43,647 bases of DNA, from the IMG/VR virus record IMGVR_UViG_3300027612_000009, positions 1-43,647 of that record; one strand, written 5' to 3'. How positions within the stretch are numbered: position 1 is the stretch's first letter; each line of letters starts with the position of its first letter. The position numbers and the translations under genes were made by a program. This document shows, one piece after another, positions 16,321 through 25,189 of this stretch. The notes beneath the pieces are model-generated. The model ran no database searches, had not been told where the DNA came from, and worked only from the letters and a program-made list of their open reading frames with translations. The stretch comes from a virus. Taxonomy: Duplodnaviria; Caudoviricetes.

Positions 16321-16980
16321 TCAGTATTCCGTCATGCGCACACGCGGGGGCGCCCTGTGCTGCATGGTGATGTTGGTGGCGAATTTGGCGTCGCAATGCT
16401 GATTGAAAAGCATAGAGCGGCGCATGCCTTCTTGCGGGTTGGAAAATGCCTGCCCCGGCACCATCAGCAAGCGTGCGAGCGCGCCATCTGCGATCTTCTG
16501 GGCGTACTGGTTGAACATGAACTCTGGCACGACATCGTACCTGTCTACCGTCTGCCCTGACACGACAAGAGACCGCATTTGGGTTTCAGAACGTGGCTTG
16601 AGAAACAGCGATAGCGTTAGCGACCCGGCTTCAAAGGGAATGAGGGCAACGGTGTTCGGGTGTGTCTGGGTGATGTATCTTGGGTGGCCTTCTTCTTGGC
16701 GCTCCATGAGGGTCGTATCGGTGAACTGCGTCGGCGTTAGCGGCCTCCCGTCGAATGTCGCCTCTTCGATTTCGTGGATCGAGGCGTGATCCGGCGCAAC
16801 GATTGCAGCGTTCTGATCTGTCACGTTTACAGTGACGATCTCGCGCCAGCAGCGGGTGCGCTCACAAAACTCGATGGCAGCCAATCGGACAAACTTGCTC
16901 ACCAGTGGCCGGGGCGCTTGCTGTGCGAATGGCAGCACAAAGCTGTCAAACACTGAAATCGGAATGGTTGGGGCTGTCAT
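16321..16980 (-). CDS. Virion head-tail adaptor-like protein
   Basis: VRLAAIEFCERTRCWRE..IADGALARLLMVPGQAFSNP; position between adaptor and nozzle genes. Confidence 0.7.
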   Translation of the reverse strand: MTAPTIPISVFDSFVLPFAQQAPRPLVSKFVRLAAIEFCERTRCWREIVTVNVTDQNAAIVAPDHASIHEIEEATFDGRPLTPTQFTDTTLMERQEEGHPRYITQTHPNTVALIPFEAGSLTLSLFLKPRSETQMRSLVVSGQTVDRYDVVPEFMFNQYAQKIADGALARLLMVPGQAFSNPQEGMRRSMLFNQHCDAKFATNITMQHRAPPRVRMTEY

Positions 16981-16991
16981 TCCAAGCTCCG

Positions 16992-17654
16992 TTATGTGCT
17001 TGTGTTGATGTTGTTGGCCGCTTCAACTTGGGACTTTACGCCGATTGCATCATTGAAGGACTGCCGATAGGCAGCAGCGCGCTGCAAGGCTCCCGGGATT
17101 GCCGCGTCCTTCTCAAATGCCCGCGACAACACATAATCGCGCAGACAGTTTTCGTAGAGCGTTGGGATGTCGATCTCTGCCGTGTAGGCTTCAATATCGA
17201 GAGGGTTCTCGGGCGCCTCAACTTCCTCTGGCGCGCGCGAAACAATGGCTTCCAAAGTGCCGCCTCCTGTGTTGCCCGGGAACACATAGAAAGCGCGGGG
17301 GTTTTCTTCGTCCATCATAACATGAGTGACGTTTGGCGAGAACGGCACGGACGACGAATTATGCCAGTTGGCGAACTGCGAATCGAGAATTGCGCGGTCA
17401 ATCGGTGTGACCACGCCGCCTGATCCGTTTTTCAGCGCGCGCAGCAAAAGCTCGCCGTCTTCAAGCTCTTGATATGTCCCTGCAACGAGGGGAATTGATT
17501 TTTTATGCGAAACGGCGCTTGGCTTGAAAAAAGCGATCTGCTTCAAGCCGTCATTGAGGTAAACGCGCAGCTCTTCGAGCGTCCAGCGCCGATTGCCTCC
17601 ATCTTGCAGCGCCGTCTGGACCGCCCAGAGTATGTCTCTTGCTGTGAATGGCAT
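16992..17654 (-). CDS. Phage adaptor protein (DUF6682-like)
   Basis: LQD..RRWTLEELRVYLNDG..FYVFP..DYVLSRAFEKD. Confidence 0.75.
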   Translation of the reverse strand: MPFTARDILWAVQTALQDGGNRRWTLEELRVYLNDGLKQIAFFKPSAVSHKKSIPLVAGTYQELEDGELLLRALKNGSGGVVTPIDRAILDSQFANWHNSSSVPFSPNVTHVMMDEENPRAFYVFPGNTGGGTLEAIVSRAPEEVEAPENPLDIEAYTAEIDIPTLYENCLRDYVLSRAFEKDAAIPGALQRAAAYRQSFNDAIGVKSQVEAANNINTST

Positions 17655-17669
17655 GCGCGTTTCCTCTGA

Positions 17670-18209
17670 TTATTCGCCGTATGCGCCAGCAGCGTCAGCT
17701 TCTTCGACCTTTGCAATAAGGTCTGAGCCATCATCGCCTTCGGCCAGCCAGCCAGTTTCGGCGGCTTTTTCGATCACCTTTTTGATGATGGTGTCGGTGT
17801 GGGCGTTGCCGTTAGGCGCGCGGTCAAACAGGAACGCAAACGCGATCTCGGCCAACGGTCGGCCAATGGTAACAGGGTCGTTGAGCAGCGCCACAAGCGC
17901 GTCTTCCCCACCGTCTGTGTCGCCTTCTTGGGTGTCGCTGTCTGCGGTTGTTTCAATTGCTTCCGCCACCGGCTCAATTGCCGCGCGCACCGGGTCTTCT
18001 TTGGCCGCGCCATCGCTGTCACCGGGCTCTGCCTTGAAGAACTTGTAACCTTCGGAGATCGAAAGAAGGCGCGCGATATGCTCGTCATTCTTGACGCTTG
18101 CAACCTTGGGCGAGTCCGGGCTTTCGGGATCGAGCGGGAGGAAATTGTAGGTCTTGCCGTCCAGCGTGATTTCACGCGGCTTTGAGGCAATCGTGCATTG
18201 AATGAGCAT
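17670..18209 (-). CDS. Hypothetical acidic protein of the head module
   Basis: ATG 18209 with AGGAG SD (MLIQCTIASK); the track ORF is over-extended upstream. Confidence 0.75.
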   Translation of the reverse strand: MLIQCTIASKPREITLDGKTYNFLPLDPESPDSPKVASVKNDEHIARLLSISEGYKFFKAEPGDSDGAAKEDPVRAAIEPVAEAIETTADSDTQEGDTDGGEDALVALLNDPVTIGRPLAEIAFAFLFDRAPNGNAHTDTIIKKVIEKAAETGWLAEGDDGSDLIAKVEEADAAGAYGE

Positions 18210-18238
18210 ATCGGTGGGCTCCTGTGAGGTTGAAGGAA

Positions 18239-18269
18239 GACCGAGGCGGCAACCCCTACCGCCTCGGTC
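18239..18269 (-). terminator. Hairpin after the capsid/decoration genes
   Basis: gaccgaggcgg-N9-ccgcctcggtc perfect 11-bp stem. Confidence 0.6.
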
Positions 18270-18320
18270 TGTCCTCACGCGCCAGAGCAGGTTTGTGGCG
18301 CGCAAGGGTTTCGGCGCGCC

Positions 18321-18761
18321 TTAGTAGACGTACTCCAAGACAAGCGTGAGTTTCTTGGCGGCACCTGCGGCCACATCGGCAGATAGCTCTACGCCGATTC
18401 CGCGATGCTTCTGGTCCTGCGAGACGGCCAGTGCGGCAGCGGTTGTCATGTCGGCTTCCGCGTCATTCACGTCGGCGTCATTGAAGAACTCGGTGCCCGT
18501 CAAGGTCCGGGTGTCGTCGTTGGAGCCCTGATCGCCGGTCATAAGGCCGACATCGGCAGTGATCGCACCGCCAAAGCCTGCGCCGATCACGGTCGCGCCG
18601 ACGACGCGAGCGTGTGCGGGCATGAGGCCGATTTCGAGAATATCAGTGGCGGCGGTGAAAGCGGTCGTGAACGTATGCTCAAAGACCGCCTTCATAACTG
18701 TGCCGGATTGCCCGGCGATGGGTGCTGCGGTGGTTTTTGCAGCGCGAGAAATGTGGAGCAT
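18321..18761 (-). CDS. Putative capsid decoration/cement protein
   Basis: 146 aa, beta-rich, immediately downstream of the major capsid gene. Confidence 0.65.
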   Translation of the reverse strand: MLHISRAAKTTAAPIAGQSGTVMKAVFEHTFTTAFTAATDILEIGLMPAHARVVGATVIGAGFGGAITADVGLMTGDQGSNDDTRTLTGTEFFNDADVNDAEADMTTAAALAVSQDQKHRGIGVELSADVAAGAAKKLTLVLEYVY

Positions 18762-18824
18762 TGTCCTGTGTCCTTCTGGAAAGGGGGGCAGCGGCGGGCC
18801 GGGATAAACCAGCCCGCTACGTCA

Positions 18825-19922
18825 TTAGCCCGTGGGCTCTGCGGCGGCGGTATCCAGCGCCATGACGCCAAAATCGCGTCCATTGAAACGGGTCTTCCCC
18901 ACGCCAACAATCGTGCCAGCGGTGATTACCGGCTCGTTTCCGCGATCTTCCATTTCCTCGGTCCAGTCGAAACGGCCGTTTTTCATGCCGCATGCGTAAA
19001 CGCCTGCCTGACGGCCCATAAAGAGCGCGCGGCTTGCTTCGACATCGGAGCCAGCGCCATAATCGCTGAACCGGATCACAGACGAGTGGCTGTGCAGGAT
19101 CACATTGTTGATCATGCCAAGGCCGCCGGTGAAGATCTTGTTTGATTTGCCTTCTGCCCCGGCTGCGGCCTTCTGGATTTCCAGCCAGCCTGTTTCGCCT
19201 GCGGTCGTGCGCATGTCATGTTCCTGGTAGGGAGACATGACGCAGGTGTAGTGTTCCTGCGAACCAATCTTGACGGGCACCATGTTCGCCGTTTCCGGGT
19301 CTTTGGCGCGCATCATGCGGGCGCGGGTCACGGCACGTTCGATCAAGCCGCGATTCATCTTGTCAGCGGCCACGATGGTCGCCTTCGATGTTGCGTCACC
19401 GCCGTACAGGATGTGCTGTGCGTCAGGCGCGCGGAGCGGGTTGGTCGCGTGGCCGGTGAATGTTTCGGGCTCAATGAAATCTTCATTGATGCCGCGTGCG
19501 CCAGCCAGATAGATGAACATTAGCTCGTCCATCCACTTGGCCCAATAATCGCCCATGCGATCCTTGCCGACTTTGCGGAGATCGTGAACGGTGCGCTTGC
19601 GGGTCATGCGCCCACCGGCAGACACTTCGTGCCGCACCTGGTCGATGATGATTTCGTCGGTGAAGAATTTGAGGTTCTCGCCGTTGCCCTTCACGCGCTT
19701 GTCACCGGAGACCGGCGATTTGCGAAGCTGGACGGAAAGATCGAACGACACGCGGTCGCCCGGCTCGGATTCGAGATCCTTTTTCTCTTCGATGATGTTG
19801 TTGGAGCCGGTGCCGATGAACTTCGCGTTGAAGTAGCTCTTTTCGAGCATGTCCACCGCGAGGTTAGCGGACCATTTCTTGATGGCCTTCGGATCACCCC
19901 AAGGGATAACAGTTTGCGACAT
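18825..19922 (-). CDS. Major capsid protein, N4-gp56 family
   Basis: T.IPWGDPKAIKKWS..DLESEPGDRVSFDLSVQL..IDQVRHEV..KRTVHDLR..GVGKTRFNGRDFGVMALDTA. Confidence 0.93.
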   Translation of the reverse strand: MSQTVIPWGDPKAIKKWSANLAVDMLEKSYFNAKFIGTGSNNIIEEKKDLESEPGDRVSFDLSVQLRKSPVSGDKRVKGNGENLKFFTDEIIIDQVRHEVSAGGRMTRKRTVHDLRKVGKDRMGDYWAKWMDELMFIYLAGARGINEDFIEPETFTGHATNPLRAPDAQHILYGGDATSKATIVAADKMNRGLIERAVTRARMMRAKDPETANMVPVKIGSQEHYTCVMSPYQEHDMRTTAGETGWLEIQKAAAGAEGKSNKIFTGGLGMINNVILHSHSSVIRFSDYGAGSDVEASRALFMGRQAGVYACGMKNGRFDWTEEMEDRGNEPVITAGTIVGVGKTRFNGRDFGVMALDTAAAEPTG

Positions 19923-20037
19923 AGATGTGCCCTCTGCTCATGTTGAGCGGTTGAGATTTGGCAGCACATCTTGCGCTTGGTGCTAATTCTTTAGCACATG
20001 TAGGGGCCGTGGGGAAGACCCATAGCCCCCACCTTGT

Positions 20038-20226
20038 TCAGAGGTGGTCGGCGTCCGTTAGGATGCGCCCGTTGGAGGCTTGCGTTACCCTCACGTCGTC
20101 CGGTGCAATCACGCAGAGACGCACCTCGGCGGCATTGACGCGCCGCACCTGCACAACAACGGGCTCTTCGCCGTCGCGGCTGATCGTCAGGGTATCGAGA
20201 GCCCTTATTTTGCGCAGAAGCGGCAT
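20038..20226 (-). CDS. CsrA/RsmA-like small protein
   Basis: MPLLRKIRALDTLTISRDGEEPVVVQVRRVNAAEVRLCVIAPDDVRV resembles CsrA (..VRIGI.AP..V.V); GAGGT SD. Confidence 0.6.
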   Translation of the reverse strand: MPLLRKIRALDTLTISRDGEEPVVVQVRRVNAAEVRLCVIAPDDVRVTQASNGRILTDADHL

Positions 20227-20236
20227 GTGTCTTACC

Positions 20237-21124
20237 TCATTCAATCATCATGGACGCGAACCGGTCGCGCTGGTCGGCGGGGAGCTTTGCCATCGCTTCC
20301 TCGAAAGCAATCGGGTCGCCACGTTCTGCCATGCGCTCCAGCGAGGCATAGGGGCTGTCGTCCAGTGTGCTGACATCGGAGGACGGCACCGAGGCGAGCG
20401 TTTTGGGCGCTTTTCCAAGGCTTTCGTCGCCCGGCGGCGTCTGCTTTGCCTTTTGCCCTGTGCTTTTGCCGATAGCCGGAATTTCGAGGCCGGTGTATTC
20501 GGCTTCCGCAATCAGTTTCTTGTGGACGCGCTCAAGAAACTGCTCGTGCGGCAGGTTGGCGACGGACGGGTATGCGGCAAGCTCCTGCACCGCCTTGTCT
20601 AGCGCCTGAATGACGCCCTGGGCTTTCAGGCCGGGATAGCGGTCGAGGTAGGCTTTGCCTGCGGCCTTCCAATCGTCCTGCTGCTTGGCGATATGGCGCT
20701 CTGCGTACTTTAAGTCTGCGGCGGCCTCGGCCATCTGGTCGTCAAGCGCCTCGATCTTCGCGTCGTATTCTTCGTCGGTCAGATCGCCATCGTCGTATTG
20801 TTCACGCAGCAACTTGCGCTCTGCTTTGATTGCATCGAGTGCCTGCTTTGCCTTGGATACATCCGGCACGGGTTCTGGCTGGGCTTCCTGCTTCGGAGCG
20901 GCCTTCTGTTCCGTTTTGGCCGGTTCTTCCTGCACGATAGGGTCATCGTCGTCTTCTGTGGGTGATGTGTCGCCTGCGTCTGGTGGCGTGTCGTCCTCGT
21001 CGGGCGCTTCGCCGTTTGCGAGGGCTTCCAGCGCGTCAGCCGCGTCGTCTTCGTTGTCAGCTTCGAAGGCGGTGATCTCTTCTTCGGTGAGCTGGTCGCG
21101 ATATGCGTCGTTCAGTTTGGGCAT
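20237..21124 (-). CDS. Capsid scaffolding protein
   Basis: Acidic N-terminus, coiled coil, C-terminal APKTLASVP..FEEAMAKL; lies between portal and capsid genes. Confidence 0.8.
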   Translation of the reverse strand: MPKLNDAYRDQLTEEEITAFEADNEDDAADALEALANGEAPDEDDTPPDAGDTSPTEDDDDPIVQEEPAKTEQKAAPKQEAQPEPVPDVSKAKQALDAIKAERKLLREQYDDGDLTDEEYDAKIEALDDQMAEAAADLKYAERHIAKQQDDWKAAGKAYLDRYPGLKAQGVIQALDKAVQELAAYPSVANLPHEQFLERVHKKLIAEAEYTGLEIPAIGKSTGQKAKQTPPGDESLGKAPKTLASVPSSDVSTLDDSPYASLERMAERGDPIAFEEAMAKLPADQRDRFASMMIE

Positions 21125-21148
21125 TGGTCTGTCCTTTCGGGGTTGGCG

Positions 21149-21607
21149 TCAGAGACCGAACACGGCGCGCGCCACGACACAAAACCGGGCTGCGCCGTCT
21201 GTGGTCGGGATCATAGCTGTGATCTGTTCGGGGATGTCGTCGTCGGGCTGCATCTGCAGCGCGAGCTGAGTGCATGCGATCCATGTGTGCTTCATGCCTT
21301 CATCGAGCCCGTCGAATCCGGGTTGCACTGTGGCGTGTGCTGCGCGCGTGGCGCGGATCAGTAGGTCGTTGCTGGTGCGCTTCACATGGTATCCTTCTAG
21401 CTCCCAGAGGCGGGAAATGGCCTTCTCGCGGGCATATTTGCGGCCAACATCAGCGTCGAAGTTTTGCGGGCTGATCACGTTGTCTTCGCCAGTGACTTGG
21501 CAGCCGCCGTTTAGGGTCAGCACGCAGATGGTCAGCGTGCCGCCACCTGGGCGGCTGTAGGTTTCGTCTTGGACGAGGCTTTCAAGGTATTCAGGGGTCA
21601 GTTTCAC
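21149..21607 (-). CDS. Gp49-family (Phage_gp49_66) protein, candidate Acb4-like nucleotide sponge, with C-terminal extension
   Basis: LTICVLTLNGGCQVTGE..ISPQNFDADVGRKYAREKAISRLWELEGY. Confidence 0.8.
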   Translation of the reverse strand: MKLTPEYLESLVQDETYSRPGGGTLTICVLTLNGGCQVTGEDNVISPQNFDADVGRKYAREKAISRLWELEGYHVKRTSNDLLIRATRAAHATVQPGFDGLDEGMKHTWIACTQLALQMQPDDDIPEQITAMIPTTDGAARFCVVARAVFGL

Positions 21608-23931
21608 GGGGCTGTCTCCATTGCGGGTTGGGGTTGTGTCGGCTGCGGCGCTGCGGCTGGCGGCGCATCAATCGGCGCAATCGGATCGCCCTTACCCAGC
21701 ATGCGCTTGGCTTGGCTGATCTTTGCGATGTCGGTGCGGTCCTGGAAGCCAGCGCCATCAAGAACTTGGTCCGCGATTCCGGCAGATTGCGGCGACGCCA
21801 TGATGCGGGCGGCTGCTTCCAGCGCGCGCACCTGCGTTTCGACGCTTTCGCCTTCGGTCTGGGCAATGATGCGGCGCACGTCGGCGGCAATCTTGCGCAT
21901 TTCGCCTTGGATACGCTCGGCCTCGGCGGCTTTCTTCTGCGCTTCGGCTTCCTTGTTCGCAAGCTCGGCCATCGCCATAGCCTTCTGGTACTGCTCTTGC
22001 TCTGCTGCGGCTTGCTTGCGAGCGAGGGTTTCCGGGTCCGGGTTGTTCGGATCGGCGTCCGGGTCTTCCATGCCGGTGATTTGGCGGATGCGCTTCACGA
22101 TCTCTTCGCGCTGCGGAATGTCCATCGTCTCGACAATGAGATCGAGGGTTGCCACGACGATCTGCGGGCCGGTGCCCGCCAGTTGCCCCATCAGGTTCAA
22201 AAGCTCTTCCACCTGCGCTTGGCGCATGGTTGCGGACCAGTCGTCTTCGCTGACAATGAAATCCGCCTTGGTGGCCACGATGTCATTCTCGGGCAGGCCG
22301 TCGTTGATCGTGATGAATGTGGGTGTGCCGCGCTGGTTGGTGATGCGGAACTGGCGCTGCTCTGGCATGAACTGCTCAATCAGGCTGAGTTGCTTTTCCC
22401 CACTGATCTGCTTGGCGAGGCGCAAGCGGTCGAAGATCGGCGCGGTTGCCAGCGAGCCTTGATCCTGCCGGGCGATGATGGCGCGGCCAGACGTGGCGTT
22501 GGTAGTCTTGCCCATGCTCTCGTCTGTCACGCCGGTCATGGCTTGGATCAGCGAGATTGAGCGGGACATCATGTCGAGGTGAGATTGTTCAAGCCCGCGC
22601 TCCACGTCGAGGCGTAGCTCCTTGCCCTGCTTTTTTATGATGATGCCATCGGCGCGGGCGTTTTCCTTCTCGAAGGTCTCAAGATCGTCTACCGCGCCTT
22701 CGTCCATGATCACTTTGGACGAGTTGAGGATGTGCAGCGCCTTGGCGGCGCGGTGGTTGATGTCGATCTGCGGATCCCGCATCTGGCGCACGATGCCGTA
22801 AGGCAGGTTGTCTCGGTCGCGGCGGTAACACCAGATAGGCGTCAGCGGGAACCGGTTGTGCCGGTAAGGGCTTTTCGACTGCCAAAGCATGTCCTGCTCG
22901 GTCATGATTGCGACATGCACGCGCATCTTGGTCTTTGTAACGATCTCGGCTTGCCCGGTTAGAAACTCCGTGACGTGGCCGGGGCTCTTGCTGTCGTAGA
23001 TTTCCCCCGAAAACTGCCCGCCCTTCATGTATTTGTCTTCGCTGGGCATGCGATACCAGCACTCAATCAGTCGCACCCGGCGACGGTCGCGGTAGCCGTT
23101 GATGTCGGTGGCATAGGTCGACTGCGCAATGTCCTCCTCGATGCTGTCCATTGCGTCGTCGCCAAAGGCGTCCAGCGCGCGTGTCAGGGCGAGGTTGGTG
23201 GTTGCCGCGGCTTCGATCTGCGCTTTGCGGTCCGGGAACATGGAGTTTGCCACGTCCACGTCCGTCCACTTGGAGCGGAAGATGTAGCGGCCATCGCTCA
23301 TGTCCAATTCGGTTGCGGCGCTGTCTTGCAGGACGTTGCGCCAGGATTCGTAGCGCGAATAGATCGCTTCGCCTTCGTCGTCCTCCTGAACCCCGTCTTC
23401 TATCCAGCCGATGCCGACCTTCACCGCATCGCCAAAGGCGCGGGAAATGTGGAATGGCGTCCGGTTGACATCGCCCAGGTACTTGAGAAGCTGGCTTTTG
23501 CGTTCTGCGGCTTGGCTGGCGTCCTCTTTGCGGGGCAGAATCTTGTAATCCGTGCGGGCGCGGCGCTCGGAGCCCAACATCCAGTTGATCACGTTGGAGA
23601 TCACGTTGAACGTCAAAGGCGTCTGCCCACGCTCGCGCATGTGGGCAATCATGTCTTGCGAAAGCTGGATGCCGTCATAGAAATCCGCATCGGTCGCCAT
23701 TTCTCGGCGGTTGTCGTGCTGGCGCAGAAGCTCGCGGCGATAGTAGCCGATCAGGGTGCTGTGAAGCTCCTGCATGTCGGGCTTGTCGAGACGGTTGCGC
23801 TTTACCGGTGCTGTGGGTGTGTCCTTTGGCAAGCGGCCCCACGGGTCGTTGCTTTTCGGCTTCGTGCCCTCCTGCACCTGCTTCGCGTAGCGCGGATCGT
23901 CGTTCTGCGCGGATGTGTCAGGCTCAAACAT
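21604..23931 (-). CDS. Portal protein (P22-like)
   Basis: DFYDGIQ..RGQTPLTFNVI..PYGIVRQMRDPQ..NATSGRAIIARQDQG; 775 aa with C-terminal helical barrel. Confidence 0.93.
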   Translation of the reverse strand: MFEPDTSAQNDDPRYAKQVQEGTKPKSNDPWGRLPKDTPTAPVKRNRLDKPDMQELHSTLIGYYRRELLRQHDNRREMATDADFYDGIQLSQDMIAHMRERGQTPLTFNVISNVINWMLGSERRARTDYKILPRKEDASQAAERKSQLLKYLGDVNRTPFHISRAFGDAVKVGIGWIEDGVQEDDEGEAIYSRYESWRNVLQDSAATELDMSDGRYIFRSKWTDVDVANSMFPDRKAQIEAAATTNLALTRALDAFGDDAMDSIEEDIAQSTYATDINGYRDRRRVRLIECWYRMPSEDKYMKGGQFSGEIYDSKSPGHVTEFLTGQAEIVTKTKMRVHVAIMTEQDMLWQSKSPYRHNRFPLTPIWCYRRDRDNLPYGIVRQMRDPQIDINHRAAKALHILNSSKVIMDEGAVDDLETFEKENARADGIIIKKQGKELRLDVERGLEQSHLDMMSRSISLIQAMTGVTDESMGKTTNATSGRAIIARQDQGSLATAPIFDRLRLAKQISGEKQLSLIEQFMPEQRQFRITNQRGTPTFITINDGLPENDIVATKADFIVSEDDWSATMRQAQVEELLNLMGQLAGTGPQIVVATLDLIVETMDIPQREEIVKRIRQITGMEDPDADPNNPDPETLARKQAAAEQEQYQKAMAMAELANKEAEAQKKAAEAERIQGEMRKIAADVRRIIAQTEGESVETQVRALEAAARIMASPQSAGIADQVLDGAGFQDRTDIAKISQAKRMLGKGDPIAPIDAPPAAAPQPTQPQPAMETAP

Positions 23932-24370
23932 CGTACACGGTCCCTTCGTGGATTGTTTTGCCGGTGTCGGCGTCTCGCGCGATCACGTCGGCCACGGCTT
24001 CACCAGCGGTTTGTCGGTAGAGGTTTGGCATGCGCAGCACGTCGGGCAGGCAGTCCTCGATGATGCCGAATATGCGCAGCAACAAGCCTGGATCGGCGCG
24101 CGAAAATCCCAGCGCGTCGGCATAAGCGGCTGTTCGTGGGGCTGTAATTGTTGGGTCGCCGGTTTCGGGCGTCCAGAGGTAGGCGTCGTCAATACGAATG
24201 ACGCACGGCGTCACGCGGGTGCCATCGGGGCGCGTGAACGTAGGCACCAGAACGATGCACGGGCGGTCATCATCCAGCGTCCATGTGCCGATTGCAGTGA
24301 TGTCGCCAAAGGGTCGGCGCCATGCCTGCAATTCAAGGTCGAGAATGGGGCGTGTGTCGTGTTTCTGCAT
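23924..24370 (-). CDS. Conserved hypothetical protein upstream of portal
   Basis: 148-aa ORF overlapping the portal start; PCIVL..PCVI..II.D.L.D.L.MP. Confidence 0.75.
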   Translation of the reverse strand: MQKHDTRPILDLELQAWRRPFGDITAIGTWTLDDDRPCIVLVPTFTRPDGTRVTPCVIRIDDAYLWTPETGDPTITAPRTAAYADALGFSRADPGLLLRIFGIIEDCLPDVLRMPNLYRQTAGEAVADVIARDADTGKTIHEGTVYDV

Positions 24371-24442
24371 CGCTGTCAGAGCCGTGGGACGGGTTATGAC
24401 GGTGCGACTGTGCCTCCTGTGTTCATGTTGCGGTGGCGGGGC

Positions 24443-25180
24443 TTATGCCCCATCATCCTCGGTATCTGTGGTGACGATCTTGCCTGTGTTGTAGTCGTAG
24501 GGAGGAATGGGATCGCCGTGACCTCTGTCTTCGCCGCAGCCATAGAGGCACGGCATGTAGTTTTGAGAGAACGGCGCGCAGGGTGTGATTTCCCAGCGCT
24601 CCATCCAGCCAGTGCCCTTGCAGGCAGGGCATGAGCTATCCTTACGCCTTGCCCCTTCCTCTATCCGGGCGATGATCGTGCGCATCTGGCTTGTGGCGCG
24701 CGTCTGGCCTGCTTTGTCGAGGTTCTTGACGGCATTGCGCCAAAGTCGGGCAGCGGCGCGCACCTGATCGTCCGGTAATTTGTTGACGAAGTGCGGCTCC
24801 TTGGCTTTGAGCGGCGGTCCTGCGGCGAAGGCAGCGGCGTCTGACGGGAAGTCCGGGTATTCGTCGGCCTGCTTGTCAGCCTTGATCCGATCCATGAGCG
24901 AGCGGAAGGCGCGCAGCTCTTCGTGAGTTGGCTCCGGGTAGTCAATGCGAAGCTCGTCGCATGCCTCTTCGATCTCGCGATCCAATTCGCGGGCAGCCTG
25001 TTCTCTCGCCGGGTCTGGGCTTTCATCCGGTTCTACTTGCGTGAGCCAAAGCACAGCTTCATCGAGCTTGGTGGCGACCATCGACCGCGCACGGTTTGGC
25101 GGCAGGAAGTCGAGGAACGCATTGGCTTGCGAGATAAGCTCGAATATGTTGTCGCGAGGTGTCTTGCGAGGTATCTTCAC
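24443..25180 (-). CDS. Protein with N-terminal Acb2/Tad1-like helical hairpin and C-terminal Zn-finger
   Basis: LPPNRARSMVATKLDEAVLWL; CPACKGTG..MPCLYGC; AGGAG SD before GTG. Confidence 0.65.
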   Translation of the reverse strand: MKIPRKTPRDNIFELISQANAFLDFLPPNRARSMVATKLDEAVLWLTQVEPDESPDPAREQAARELDREIEEACDELRIDYPEPTHEELRAFRSLMDRIKADKQADEYPDFPSDAAAFAAGPPLKAKEPHFVNKLPDDQVRAAARLWRNAVKNLDKAGQTRATSQMRTIIARIEEGARRKDSSCPACKGTGWMERWEITPCAPFSQNYMPCLYGCGEDRGHGDPIPPYDYNTGKIVTTDTEDDGA

Positions 25181-25189
25181 GTGCTGCTC

